64,000 nucleotides of DNA from Leptospira sp. (GTDB lineage: Bacteria > Spirochaetota > Leptospiria > Leptospirales > Leptospiraceae): assembly GCA_034439575.1 (NCBI GenBank), contig JAWXAQ010000027.1:288001-352000 (forward strand). The letters run 5' to 3'. Shown in pieces: positions 30,215 to 40,963 of the stretch (within the stretch, counting starts at the first letter, position 1; each line of letters begins with the position of its first letter). The position numbers and the translations under genes are program-made. The notes below the pieces were generated by a model. The model was not told where the DNA came from and did not search any database. It saw only the letters and a program-made list of their open reading frames with translations.

Positions 30215-30987
30215 TTTCCTTTTGAAACTTCTAATAAATATTCTCCGAATTGGTCAGGTCTATCTGTGATGATACCTTTGACTCCAAGGGAAATCAGTCG
30301 TTTCCAATCCTCTCTTTTGTTGACCGTATAAGGCAAAACCATATAATCTTTATCTCGCATATGATTCATAAAAGTTTTGGAAACAGATTCGTGGTTCGGT
30401 AAAATCAAATCTGGTTCGGAAAACTTCCATTCCTTTTCGTCCCAACTAACATCGAGAAGCTGGCCTCTGAGTAGATCTGGATCTTCGAGTTTCACTTTTT
30501 CCAAAAGATACTCATCAAAAGAACTTATAAAAATTCGATTTTGTATGGATAGGGAATGAACAAGAGATACAAGAGCCTTTGCAAGTTTAGAACGATGTTT
30601 TTCATTTCCTTGTGATTTGACTTCTATATCAAAAATCGCATCCTTTGGGAGTTCTGTTAATACTTCTTTCAATGTGGGAATTTTTATTCCTGCAAATTCC
30701 TTATTAAAAAAAGAACCCGCATCCAAACTTTGAATTTGGGAGAGGGGTAGTTCAGAAACTAGACCTAGGCCATTTGTAGTGCGATTGACTGAGTCATCAT
30801 GAATCACAACAAGTTCACCCGTGCCGCAATTCATTGTGTCTAGTTCAAAGAACTTGGTGAATTCATAGGCTTTTTGGAAGGAAATAAGGGTATTTTCCGG
30901 CGCAAGTCCTCTTGTCCCTCGGTGCCCTATATTTGTGGTTCCAGGACCGAATAATTGTTGGAGTTCTTTTTTTCTGGGAATGTGCAA
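30211..30987 (-). CDS. Glycerophosphodiester phosphodiesterase
   Basis: IGHRG...APENT, HD..V.RTTNG, IPTL.E, EVK and ITDRP motifs. Confidence 0.94.
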   Translation of the reverse strand: MHIPRKKELQQLFGPGTTNIGHRGTRGLAPENTLISFQKAYEFTKFFELDTMNCGTGELVVIHDDSVNRTTNGLGLVSELPLSQIQSLDAGSFFNKEFAGIKIPTLKEVLTELPKDAIFDIEVKSQGNEKHRSKLAKALVSLVHSLSIQNRIFISSFDEYLLEKVKLEDPDLLRGQLLDVSWDEKEWKFSEPDLILPNHESVSKTFMNHMRDKDYMVLPYTVNKREDWKRLISLGVKGIITDRPDQFGEYLLEVSKGN

Positions 30988-30992
30988 TTTTT

Positions 30993-31703
30993 TTAACCTG
31001 CTTGGATAGAAGACTCAAAACCTGGTTCTTCCATCGCGACTTTCATCATCTCTTTTTTTGTTTTTTCGCCGAGATAACTATCTATATAAATATGTAAGGC
31101 ATATAAAACTGGTGTGATAAGAATTGCCACTGCCATTTTATAAAGAAAGTTTGTGTTGGATATTTCAACCATCGAACTTAAATTATGTGAACTCCACAAG
31201 ACAATAAAGATAACGACATAGGAATCTATCAATTGGGAAACAATGGTGGATCCAGTGGCTCTTAACCAAATGTGTTTTCCTTGTGTTTTTTTTCTCAGAA
31301 AATGAAAGACATGTATGTCAATAAATTGGCCAATTACATAGGCAATGATAGAACCAACTATGACTCTGCCTGAGTTTGCAAAGACAGTTCTGAAAGAATG
31401 ATCATCTATGGGTGAGTTCGCACCTGCGGGAATTTGTATATCAATCAGGATAAGCACATAAGCAAGCCCAATCATGATCATACCAAGAAGTGTGGTAGCT
31501 CTTACTACTTTGCGACCATAATATTCGTTTAACAAATCTGTGATGAGAAATGTGATAGGAAAAGGAATTACTCCCATGGTCATGGTAAATCCAAAGGCAG
31601 AAAATAATTTACTACCTGTCAGTTCTGCCATTAAGAGAAACGTAAGAAACAAACTAAGTAATACCGAATAAAGAACGACTGGTTTTTGGCTGAGTGGATT
31701 CAT
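30993..31703 (-). CDS. Queuosine precursor transporter (YhhQ/Vut_1)
   Basis: FP.TFLITD...EYYG, GS..AY..GQ..D and WLR..GST.VSQLIDS motifs. Confidence 0.92.
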   Translation of the reverse strand: MNPLSQKPVVLYSVLLSLFLTFLLMAELTGSKLFSAFGFTMTMGVIPFPITFLITDLLNEYYGRKVVRATTLLGMIMIGLAYVLILIDIQIPAGANSPIDDHSFRTVFANSGRVIVGSIIAYVIGQFIDIHVFHFLRKKTQGKHIWLRATGSTIVSQLIDSYVVIFIVLWSSHNLSSMVEISNTNFLYKMAVAILITPVLYALHIYIDSYLGEKTKKEMMKVAMEEPGFESSIQAG

Positions 31704-31850
31704 ATTATTGCATACCTTTGTCTCATAAAATTTAAGCTAGGAGAGAATCTTCACTTAAAAATCATGGATACACAAAGACTAAGAAATCATTTAGATTTTC
31801 TTCTCTACTCTTTTTTTTAAATACACGATAGAATATATAAGAACAAATTT

Positions 31851-33440
31851 ATGTCCGAAATAAAACCCGATCCAAATTCAAATCCAGAACCGAAACGACA
31901 CTTGTCTGCCGGTACTAAGTATACATTTCTTTTCGCCTCTTGGGTGTTTCTCTCTGCATTTTCCTTTTATCTTGGTATGAACTTAATGGGAAAAGAGGGG
32001 GAATCCGTTTCTCTAAAAAATATCAGTGCCACTGCTGAAGGGACAGTTGATGTCATTTCTTCTGAATCTGCAGAATCTACTTTGACTGAATCTGAAAAAA
32101 AAGTTGAGGGAATGGATGGCGAAAAATTAGAAGAAACGAAAACAGTTCTCGAAGAATCTGAAGTTCCAAACGACTTTGTCGCCACAGAGGATGTGAGTTT
32201 TCGCGCCTCAGCATGGTCTACGGATTGGACGGCGATGAAAAAAACCGTTCATCTCTACAATGAAATCCATCCATTTATTTATACAATGCGTGGTGGTCTT
32301 TCCAATAATGGAGAACTTATATCCACTTGGTCGCAAACGGCTCGTAAAGAACGTGTTTTAGAAATGCGCCAATTGAACCCAAAAGTGAAAATCATTCCGA
32401 CCATCTTTCGTTGGGAGAATCCAAAAGAAAAGATCCAGGAAAATATTGGAATGGGCGGTCGTACTGACATCCGTGATAAACACATCCAAATCATCGTAAA
32501 TGAAGTCGTAACGTATGGATATGATGGGATTGATATTGATTATGAAGGGATGAGCTGCGACAAAAAAGAAAGGTTCGAAGAATTTTTTGTATTACTCGCC
32601 AAAGAAATTCATAAAAAAGGAAAACTCATTTCCGTTGCCGTACACCCAAAAACACCAAGCGATAAAAAGAAAGACCTTCACTGTCGCGGACTCGCAAAAC
32701 CAATCGAGCTTGATTTTAGAGAAAACTGGCGTGGACCAACTACCCATGATTATGCGTTTCTCGCAAAACATGCAGACCGTGTTAAAATTATGGCGTATGA
32801 ACTACATCCGAGAAAATACCATAATCCGGGACCTGGACCTCAAGCGCCAAATGTTTGGTTGAAAGAAATTATTGCTTATGCCAAAAAACGAGTTCCTACA
32901 TCAAAATTGTATATGGCGATTCCAACCTATGGTTATGATTGGGCACTGAATTGCAAATCGTCAGCAAAAGCTGTTTACCATTCGGATGCACAACGCATTC
33001 GAAGTGGTAATCATAAAAAACACCAACCAACTGACATCAATCAGATTATCCTATCTGAAAATAAAGTGGCCAATTGGCGTAATCTCTCCAAGTTCAGTGA
33101 CATTCATAAAAATAGAGCTTACGAAGATCCCACTCTTTGGTACACAAGTGGTGGATGTGATCGTGTCGCTTTTTATATGAATCGAAAAGCCTTTGAAGAA
33201 AAGATGACTTTACTTAGAAAATACGATCTCGGTGGATTTTCTTTTTGGCAATTGGTCACAGACAATGATCCTGAAATCAATGATTACCTCGCCTTACTTG
33301 TGCAAGGTAAACTTCCTCCGGTCACAAAAGTGACAGAAGAAGAAATGGAAGCTCTTATGAATCCCAAAAAAGCGGAAGATGTAAAATCATCTGTAAAAGT
33401 TTCCAAGGTCAAAGAAAAAACCAAAAAAGTCCAATTATAA
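31851..33440 (+). CDS. Membrane-anchored glycoside hydrolase family 18
   Basis: YDGIDIDYE catalytic motif, IMAYE, IPTYGYDW and GGFSFW. N-terminal TM helix and acidic linker. Confidence 0.88.
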   Translation: MSEIKPDPNSNPEPKRHLSAGTKYTFLFASWVFLSAFSFYLGMNLMGKEGESVSLKNISATAEGTVDVISSESAESTLTESEKKVEGMDGEKLEETKTVLEESEVPNDFVATEDVSFRASAWSTDWTAMKKTVHLYNEIHPFIYTMRGGLSNNGELISTWSQTARKERVLEMRQLNPKVKIIPTIFRWENPKEKIQENIGMGGRTDIRDKHIQIIVNEVVTYGYDGIDIDYEGMSCDKKERFEEFFVLLAKEIHKKGKLISVAVHPKTPSDKKKDLHCRGLAKPIELDFRENWRGPTTHDYAFLAKHADRVKIMAYELHPRKYHNPGPGPQAPNVWLKEIIAYAKKRVPTSKLYMAIPTYGYDWALNCKSSAKAVYHSDAQRIRSGNHKKHQPTDINQIILSENKVANWRNLSKFSDIHKNRAYEDPTLWYTSGGCDRVAFYMNRKAFEEKMTLLRKYDLGGFSFWQLVTDNDPEINDYLALLVQGKLPPVTKVTEEEMEALMNPKKAEDVKSSVKVSKVKEKTKKVQL

Positions 33441-33447
33441 TACTTGG

Positions 33448-34428
33448 ATGATCTCCACCTTAATTACAAAGGATGCCGCCAAACTCGCTATCCTTGTCAA
33501 AAAAGGTGGAGTTGTAATTTTCCCAACAGAGACTGTTTATGGCATCGGTGCAGATAGTACCAATGAAACAGCCTGTCTTAGAATTTACGAAATCAAAAAC
33601 CGCCCACTTGACAACCCACTCATTTCTCATTTCGAAAGTATAAAACAAATAGCCACCTATTGTGAATTAGATGATTTAGCGAAATTTCTATTAGAAACTT
33701 TTTCACCAGGCCCACTTACGCTTGTTTTGCCAAAGAAAAAGTCTCCCTATATTTTTACAATGGGACTGGACACTTTGGCTGTCAGAATCCCTGATCATAC
33801 AGATGCTTCAACTTTGATAAGAGAGGCCGGTGTGCCTATTTCTGCTCCATCAGCTAATGTAAGTGGAAGGCCATCATTAACTAGGGAAGTGGATGTGATT
33901 GAAACTTTTGATGGAAAAGTAGACGGGATTTTACAAGGTCAAGCTCCGATTGTGGGCATTGAATCTACTGTTTTGGATGTATCTGGCCCAATTCCCACCT
34001 TACTTCGGCCAGGAAAGGTAACTGTGGCGGATCTGCTTGGGATTATCCCAAATCTTATCTATGCAAAGGAAACAGATAACAAAGTAAGTGAATCAGATTT
34101 AGATACAATAGTTCGGAGTCCTGGAATGAAATACAGGCACTATTCTCCTTTAGCAAAAGTGGTAGTTTTAGAGGCGAAAGAATTTATAAATGAATTCACA
34201 AAACATCAAAATGATACCAAAGTATCTTTTATAGGTTTTGATTTTGTGGCGAGAAATCAGAACGATATATCACTCCAAGATAACATCGAGTATATGAATA
34301 AATTATATTCATATTTTGTGGATAGTGATAAAAACCAAATCGATGTTTGTTTTTGTCAAACACCGATTGATGATTCCTACCGAATTGCATTACTAAACCG
34401 ATTGCACAAAGCAGAGAGTAAAAAATAA
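33448..34428 (+). CDS. sua5: L-threonylcarbamoyladenylate synthase (Sua5)
   Basis: FPTETVYG, K.RP.DNPLI.H, APSAN.SG and PGMKYRHYSP motifs. Confidence 0.95.
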   Translation: MISTLITKDAAKLAILVKKGGVVIFPTETVYGIGADSTNETACLRIYEIKNRPLDNPLISHFESIKQIATYCELDDLAKFLLETFSPGPLTLVLPKKKSPYIFTMGLDTLAVRIPDHTDASTLIREAGVPISAPSANVSGRPSLTREVDVIETFDGKVDGILQGQAPIVGIESTVLDVSGPIPTLLRPGKVTVADLLGIIPNLIYAKETDNKVSESDLDTIVRSPGMKYRHYSPLAKVVVLEAKEFINEFTKHQNDTKVSFIGFDFVARNQNDISLQDNIEYMNKLYSYFVDSDKNQIDVCFCQTPIDDSYRIALLNRLHKAESKK

Positions 34429-34430
34429 AA

Positions 34431-36095
34431 CTATTTTAATTTGTTCAATTGGAAGGGCAGTAGATAAAGGATTTTATTTAATAAGCCTAGTTCCAGTAGA
34501 TCCAAAGTATTCTGAATAGGTGAAAATATTTTTGCCTTAGCGAATCGAGAGAGAATGGGAATTTCGGATCTAAAATTATATTCTGGCAATTCATAACTAA
34601 ATAAAAATCTACTTTTTGGAAATTGTTGGTAAAGGATATCAATGGTATCAAGTAATCCGCCTATTTTATCTACTACCTTTGATTCTACTTTTGGCAAATA
34701 GACTCTTCCTCCGCCTAATGTTTTTAAGTCGGAGTCTGTCATATTTCTACCTTTTTTTACGCGATCATAAAATTGAGATTCAACTCTTCTGATTTCTTGG
34801 TTTAAATATAAAATTGAGTCTTTTTTTAAGGGGCTGTATTCGGATAAAATATCTCGAAATGGATAAAATCCTATATTTTCTTTTTGTATTTTTGCTTTGT
34901 TGTATAATTTTTTCAAATTGGCTCGTACCATAACCGCACCAATGGAACCAGTGATACATATTGGCAGAGCTGTAATCGATTCTGCCGCAGAACCTATGTA
35001 ATACCCTCCACTTGCCGCCGTATCTTTAAAGAAAGCAATGACTGGCTTTTTTTCTCGAAGCTTTACTATTTCTTGGTATAAGAGTTCGGAATGAAAGGCA
35101 GAGCCACCGGGACTATCTATTTCGAGTATGACTGCCTTTATGGAATTTTCTTCTCCTATTTCTTTTAACAAGGATATGGTGGCATAAGCTTCAATTTTAC
35201 CAGAATCCCTTTCTTTGTGTGCATAATCTCCAGCACTGATTCCACCTGACAGAGGAACTATGCTGATAATTGGCCGTTTTCTGGAAAATACTCGAAACTC
35301 TTTTATTTTTTCATGGAGGGCACAGTCCTCAACTAAAAGCGCCTTCTCATCCTTAGAAAAGAAAGTTTCTTCTATCATCACATCGTTTCCAAAACCCATT
35401 TCAATGAGTGACTTACTTGTCTGAATCGGTAGATAGAATTTTTCTTTTTTTATGTTTCTTTTTTCTGTTAGGGCATCTAATATTTTATTTTGCAAATCCA
35501 AAATTAGAGATTCGATATTTGTCCGAGCTTCCTTTGAAAAATTGGTTCTAGTAAAACTTTCGGCAAAGGATTTAAATGGTCCACTGGCATAAGCTTCCAC
35601 CTCGACTCCCCATAGTTTCAAAAAAGCACCATAAAACGCAGGTTCAGCGGAAGGGAGTTGGATTTGAAATTCTGCTTCTGGATTGAAATAAATCTCATCA
35701 CAGACAGACAAAAGTAACAAAGTTCCAAGGCCACCTTCTTTGGCAAAACCGGAAATATGAATTCCGTTTTGTTCTCTTAATATTTTTAGCTCTTCTTTGA
35801 CTTCCCAGATGTCACCGAGAGACCAGCTGAGAGGAGGAATTACAAATTTGATTTTTTTGATGCGGGGATTGTTTCGTAAAGATCGTAAACTTAATAAAAA
35901 TTCCAGTCGGTTGACCGAACTAACCTTGCCTTGGATTTTTCGCACTATATATGATTTGTTGGCACTTTCAAAGTACGATGGAAATTCCCAGTGTAGTGTT
36001 GACCTGGATTTTTGGAAAGTCTGCCTTAGACGTAGGTAAAAATAGTATAGGAGACGAAGCGGTAAAAAAAGTAACTGAAAAATAAAACGTAACAA
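34431..36095 (-). CDS. sppA: Signal peptide peptidase SppA (S49), long form
   Basis: GPFKS, IDSPGG, AASGGYY and TGSIG motifs. Confidence 0.88.
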   Translation of the reverse strand: MLRFIFQLLFLPLRLLYYFYLRLRQTFQKSRSTLHWEFPSYFESANKSYIVRKIQGKVSSVNRLEFLLSLRSLRNNPRIKKIKFVIPPLSWSLGDIWEVKEELKILREQNGIHISGFAKEGGLGTLLLLSVCDEIYFNPEAEFQIQLPSAEPAFYGAFLKLWGVEVEAYASGPFKSFAESFTRTNFSKEARTNIESLILDLQNKILDALTEKRNIKKEKFYLPIQTSKSLIEMGFGNDVMIEETFFSKDEKALLVEDCALHEKIKEFRVFSRKRPIISIVPLSGGISAGDYAHKERDSGKIEAYATISLLKEIGEENSIKAVILEIDSPGGSAFHSELLYQEIVKLREKKPVIAFFKDTAASGGYYIGSAAESITALPICITGSIGAVMVRANLKKLYNKAKIQKENIGFYPFRDILSEYSPLKKDSILYLNQEIRRVESQFYDRVKKGRNMTDSDLKTLGGGRVYLPKVESKVVDKIGGLLDTIDILYQQFPKSRFLFSYELPEYNFRSEIPILSRFAKAKIFSPIQNTLDLLELGLLNKILYLLPFQLNKLK

Positions 36096-36165
36096 TCTTT
36101 GATTCCTCTAAAGAACATCTCTTAAAATTCTTTTCAGAAAGAAAGAGGAAAACATTCTGTGAGAA

Positions 36166-39027
36166 GTGGAATCTTTCATACGCATCCGTGGCGCTCGCGA
36201 ACATAATCTTAAAAACATCAATTTAGACATCCCTAGAGACAAACTAGTGGTAATTACTGGGCTCTCTGGCTCTGGAAAATCAAGTTTGGCTTTCGATACA
36301 ATTTACGCGGAAGGACAAAGGCGTTATGTGGAGTCTTTGTCTAGTTATGCGAGGCAATTCCTTGGACAAATGGAAAAACCAGAAGTTGATTTGATCGAAG
36401 GACTTTCTCCTGCCATATCCATTGAACAAAAAACGACACATAGAAATCCTAGGTCTACTGTCGGAACCGTCACAGAAATCTATGATTACCTGCGCTTATT
36501 GTATGCCCGAGTAGGGAAGCCGCATTGTCCAAAATGTGGAACTGCGATTACATCGCTCTCTGTAGATCAAATTACAGATCGTATCAATTTATTTCCAGAA
36601 GGAACCAAATTACAACTTCTATCTCCCATCATCCAAGGCAAAAAAGGAGAACATAAAGATGTTCTCGAAAGATACAAAAAAGAAGGTTTCAATCGAGTAC
36701 GAGTCAATGGGGAAATTATCTCTTTAGAAGAAGAGATTACTTTAAAGAAAAATAATAAAACGAATATTGAAGTCGTTGTCGATCGTTTGGTGATGAAACC
36801 AGGCATACAATCAAGGCTAGCTGATTCAGTCGAGACAGCACTCAAAGTCGGTGAAGGCATTTTAATTGTGGAAGATGGGGAAAAAGACCATCTCTATTCG
36901 CAGAAATTGTCTTGTCCAAAGTGTGATAATGTCTCGATCCCAGAACTAACGCCGAGATTATTTTCTTTTAATTCACCGTTTGGTGCCTGTTCTCATTGTG
37001 ATGGCCTTGGCGCCTTACTTGAATTTGATGAAGCACTTTTGATTTCCGATGAAGAGGCAAGTCTTGCTGATGGTTGTATCGAAGCATGGGGCGGGGCAAA
37101 ATCAAATAGTTATTGGTATATGGCTACTGTGACTGCGATATCCAAAAAACTGAAATTTAATTTAAACACCAAGTGGAAAGATCTTTCTGACAAAGTAAAA
37201 AACGTGATATTGTTTGGTGATGAATCCATTCAGATTGATTACGATTTTCGGGGTACAAATTCTCACTATGAATTTTCAAAAAATTTTGAAGGAGTCATTC
37301 CCAACTTAAAGCGCAGATTCAAAGAAACGAAATCCGATTCCATGCGTCAATGGTATGAGACGTTTATGACGAATCATGATTGTGATGTATGTCATGGAAA
37401 AAGGCTTAGACCTGAGGCACTTGCCGTTAAGGTCAACGGAATCAGCATTGATGTTTTTACAGGATATAGCATTTCCAAGGCATTGGAGTTTACTAAAGAA
37501 ACAAAATGGGTAGGGGCTGAGGAGATCATCAGTAAACCCATACTTAAAGAGATTTTGCAAAGACTGAATTTTTTAAACGATGTGGGTGTGGGTTACCTAA
37601 ATTTGAGCAGGTCCGCAGGTACTCTGTCAGGTGGTGAGATGCAAAGAATCCGTTTGGCGACTCAAATTGGTTCCAGACTTATGGGTGTTTTGTATATATT
37701 GGATGAGCCTTCCATAGGCCTGCACCAAAGGGACAATTCCAAACTTGTCACGACACTCAAAGGTCTACGAAATTTAGGAAATACCGTTCTTGTTGTGGAA
37801 CATGACAAAGAAACTATGGAAGAGGCGGATTTTATTATCGATATGGGGCCTGGGGCTGGTGTTCATGGTGGCGAAATCGTGGCCTTTGGCACACCGGAAC
37901 AAATCAAAAAAAATCCCAAGTCGGTAACAGGGAAATATTTATCCGGTGTGAGTCGTATTTCCATGCCACTTGAGCGTCGCATAGGCAATGGGAAAAAGTT
38001 ACAAATATTAGGTGCAAGTCACAATAATTTAAAAAACTTAAATGTAAACATTCCACTCGGAACTATGACAGTAGTAACAGGTGTTTCTGGCTCAGGCAAA
38101 TCAACACTCATTAACGAAATATTGTATAAGGAACTCGCTAACTCCATCCAGGGATCAAAACTAGTTCCCGGAAAACACAAAAAAATTACTGGTAAAGAAC
38201 ACTTAGATAAAGTAATCAATATTGACCAATCCCCCATTGGTAGAACCCCTCGGTCGAATCCAGCAACTTACACTGGTTTGTTCACCTTTGTGCGTGAACT
38301 TTTTAGTGGACTAGAAGATGCCAAAGTTAGGGGCTATGGACCTGGACGATTTAGTTTTAATGTGTCTGGTGGAAGGTGTGAAAAATGTGAGGGTGATGGT
38401 ATTCTAAAAATTGAAATGCATTTTTTGCCAGATATCTATGTAGAATGCGAAGTTTGTAAAGGCAAAAGATACAATAGAGAAACTCTAGAAGTTAAATACA
38501 AAGGAAAAAATATTTCTGATGTCCTTGGTATGACAGTAGAAGAAGCCGTTGTGTTTTTTGAAATGATACCTTCCTTAAAACGAAAATTAGAAACACTCAT
38601 GGATGTGGGTTTAGGTTATATCAAACTGGGACAAGCAGCCACAACTTTTTCTGGTGGTGAAGCACAAAGAATCAAACTCTCCACAGAACTTTCAAAACGT
38701 CCTACAGGAAAAACTCTTTATATTCTAGATGAGCCTACGACTGGATTACATTTTGATGATATCCAGAAACTATTACAAGTATTACAAACCTTAGTCGAGA
38801 AAGGAAACTCTATGGTGATCATTGAACACAACTTAGATGTGATTAAAGCTTGTGATCATATCATCGACATTGGCCCTGAAGGGGGAGAAGGCGGGGGTGA
38901 GGTCATTGCACTTGGAACTCCAGAAGAAGTCGCATTAATTAAAGATTCCTTTACAGGACAGTACTTGAAGAAAGTTCTTGCTGAGGAAAAGGCATTGGAT
39001 GCAAAGGTGAAAAAGAAAAAAGTGTGA
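36166..39027 (+). CDS. uvrA: Excinuclease ABC subunit A
   Basis: GAREHNLKN, two Walker A motifs ([16 protein letters not shown]), zinc fingers and LSGGE.QR. Confidence 0.98.
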   Translation: MESFIRIRGAREHNLKNINLDIPRDKLVVITGLSGSGKSSLAFDTIYAEGQRRYVESLSSYARQFLGQMEKPEVDLIEGLSPAISIEQKTTHRNPRSTVGTVTEIYDYLRLLYARVGKPHCPKCGTAITSLSVDQITDRINLFPEGTKLQLLSPIIQGKKGEHKDVLERYKKEGFNRVRVNGEIISLEEEITLKKNNKTNIEVVVDRLVMKPGIQSRLADSVETALKVGEGILIVEDGEKDHLYSQKLSCPKCDNVSIPELTPRLFSFNSPFGACSHCDGLGALLEFDEALLISDEEASLADGCIEAWGGAKSNSYWYMATVTAISKKLKFNLNTKWKDLSDKVKNVILFGDESIQIDYDFRGTNSHYEFSKNFEGVIPNLKRRFKETKSDSMRQWYETFMTNHDCDVCHGKRLRPEALAVKVNGISIDVFTGYSISKALEFTKETKWVGAEEIISKPILKEILQRLNFLNDVGVGYLNLSRSAGTLSGGEMQRIRLATQIGSRLMGVLYILDEPSIGLHQRDNSKLVTTLKGLRNLGNTVLVVEHDKETMEEADFIIDMGPGAGVHGGEIVAFGTPEQIKKNPKSVTGKYLSGVSRISMPLERRIGNGKKLQILGASHNNLKNLNVNIPLGTMTVVTGVSGSGKSTLINEILYKELANSIQGSKLVPGKHKKITGKEHLDKVINIDQSPIGRTPRSNPATYTGLFTFVRELFSGLEDAKVRGYGPGRFSFNVSGGRCEKCEGDGILKIEMHFLPDIYVECEVCKGKRYNRETLEVKYKGKNISDVLGMTVEEAVVFFEMIPSLKRKLETLMDVGLGYIKLGQAATTFSGGEAQRIKLSTELSKRPTGKTLYILDEPTTGLHFDDIQKLLQVLQTLVEKGNSMVIIEHNLDVIKACDHIIDIGPEGGEGGGEVIALGTPEEVALIKDSFTGQYLKKVLAEEKALDAKVKKKKV

Positions 39028-39995
39028 AGGAATTAGAAAGTCTATTAACATCAAAAGTTTTTTCGAAAGTAGAAACTTTAAATCAAAAAGATTTCTACAG
39101 ATTTTTTAAACCCATCCTTATCTCATCAGGTATCTTTCCCAAAGGACTGGAAGATTTTGCTATTAATGGTGGATATCTGAGGTTTGTTAAAAACTTACAG
39201 AGCATAGCTACACTCCCGCATGGTTTAGATCTCGCATTGGCTATGATGGTGGAAGTCAATGTAGCTTCTGGCATTTTGCAATATGGAACCACAAAACTTG
39301 CGGCCGAATTGCAAAAATCAATGTTTGGCGGTCAAATGATTCTTGCGACCGGAGTGTCGGAACCGGAATGGGAAGGTCGCCTTGCTAAACTAAAATCCTC
39401 TCTTACTCTTGGAAAATTAAGTGGTACCAAATCTTTCATCACAAATGGACAGTGTGCTGACGGAATCCTTTGGGTGCTTCCAGAAAAGGAAAGCTTCTCT
39501 GTCTATTTAGTCAGAAGAGACAAATACCGAGATTTACTAATAGATGAGCCAATCTCAACAGATTATTTAAAATTAGTATCACATTTAAAATTAACAGCTA
39601 ATGAATATCCATTAGAAAAAGAAGATTTAGTATTAGAAGATTATAAAACCTTAGGCATTGAACTTAGGCTTAAAGAATTATTTGGACTCACATCTCTATT
39701 GTTAGGTTTTGTAAATGGGCTTGGGCTAATAAATAAGGATGAAAGTATAAAAATTGAATTTGAAAAACTTGTTTTATGGCGAGATAAAATCGGAGAACAA
39801 ATCCATTTAAATAATTTCCAAGAAATGTTATCTGAAAATTTTCCCTTTCCAAATGATAAACTCCTGCAAAGTGTAAGTCAATTTTATCATTGTGATTCGC
39901 CAAAAGAATTAATAAACATCAATCCTGACTTCACAATATTTATATGGGAAGATAAATTAACTAAGTATCTTAAAAAAACTATTCAGAAAAACTAA
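39024..39995 (+). CDS. Acyl-CoA dehydrogenase-like protein (divergent, short)
   Basis: ATGVSEP and LSGTKSFITNG motifs; C-terminus not recognisable. GTGA overlap with uvrA. Confidence 0.7.
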   Translation: MKELESLLTSKVFSKVETLNQKDFYRFFKPILISSGIFPKGLEDFAINGGYLRFVKNLQSIATLPHGLDLALAMMVEVNVASGILQYGTTKLAAELQKSMFGGQMILATGVSEPEWEGRLAKLKSSLTLGKLSGTKSFITNGQCADGILWVLPEKESFSVYLVRRDKYRDLLIDEPISTDYLKLVSHLKLTANEYPLEKEDLVLEDYKTLGIELRLKELFGLTSLLLGFVNGLGLINKDESIKIEFEKLVLWRDKIGEQIHLNNFQEMLSENFPFPNDKLLQSVSQFYHCDSPKELININPDFTIFIWEDKLTKYLKKTIQKN

Positions 39996-40006
39996 AGATT
40001 AAGAAT

Positions 40007-40963
40007 CTAATGATGATGATGTCCGTGATGGTGGTGCGGATCTTCTTTTTCTAAGATAGGTAGAACTGATAGTTTTTCCGCATATCCTTCCGATATAGTT
40101 TCAACAAATACATAGGGAATTCCAAAATGCGATTTAGCTATTTTATGAATATCTAATGTGATTTCATCTCTGTTGGCATCAGTTTTTACGATCAATTGAA
40201 TCTCAAGGGTGAAGACTCCAGACGTAAGTTTTCTTACTTTGAAAAGTTTAACAGAAGAGATTCCCTTAATGGACGTTATATGGTTTAAAAAGTGTTCCTT
40301 ATCAAATTCGGAAGGGTAGGCTTCGAGTAAGATTTGAATACTTTCCTTTAATATGGAATAGGATGTTTTTAAAATAAAAATTCCTATGAAGATACTGAGA
40401 ATGCTATCGATAAATAAGAAACCAGTATATTGAATGATTATGGCACCAATAACAACTGCTACTGTACCTAAGAGATCACTGAGTACATGAAGGTAGGCTG
40501 ATTTTAAATTTAAACTTTCTTTACTGACTTTAAATAGTAAACCAGCAGACATAAAATTGATAATCAATCCGATAATTGAATAAAATAACATGGAATGAAC
40601 ATGGATTTCAGTTGTTGAAGTCATACGTTCATAACTTTCAAATAGTATGAAAATACTGATTCCAACTAACAAGATACTATTGGCAAGTGCTGCCAATACT
40701 TCAATGCGATGGTAGCCGAAGGGGTATCTATCATTGGCTTTTTTTGCGGAAAATATAATGGCTAAAAATGAAATGAGATGTGCAAAGATATCTGTAGCGA
40801 TATGACCTGCGTCTGCGAAGAGTGCGAGGCTACCTGATTCTTTTGATCCAATCGCTTCGATGAAAAAAATCAAGATCGATAAAAATCCTGAAACTCCAAG
40901 ATAAGTTAAAAGTTTTTTTCTTTTTCTTTTCTTTGAATTGTGTAGTTCGAATCCCTCTGTCAT
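40007..40963 (-). CDS. Cation diffusion facilitator (CzcD/ZitB-like)
   Basis: SLALFADAGH..TD, FGYHR.E and AYLHVLSD motifs, C-terminal HHHHGHHHH. Confidence 0.93.
   Translation of the reverse strand: MTEGFELHNSKKRKRKKLLTYLGVSGFLSILIFFIEAIGSKESGSLALFADAGHIATDIFAHLISFLAIIFSAKKANDRYPFGYHRIEVLAALANSILLVGISIFILFESYERMTSTTEIHVHSMLFYSIIGLIINFMSAGLLFKVSKESLNLKSAYLHVLSDLLGTVAVVIGAIIIQYTGFLFIDSILSIFIGIFILKTSYSILKESIQILLEAYPSEFDKEHFLNHITSIKGISSVKLFKVRKLTSGVFTLEIQLIVKTDANRDEITLDIHKIAKSHFGIPYVFVETISEGYAEKLSVLPILEKEDPHHHHGHHHH

Noticed and set aside
31704-31850. preQ1 riboswitch upstream of the queuosine precursor transporter
   Set aside because: No recognisable preQ1 stem, loop and A-rich tail by eye. 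An Infernal/Rfam scan would be decisive.
36096-36165. LexA SOS box upstream of uvrA
   Set aside because: Only a weak TCTTT-N9-AAAGA dyad; no match to TTTG-N5-CAAA or CTGT-N8-ACAG.
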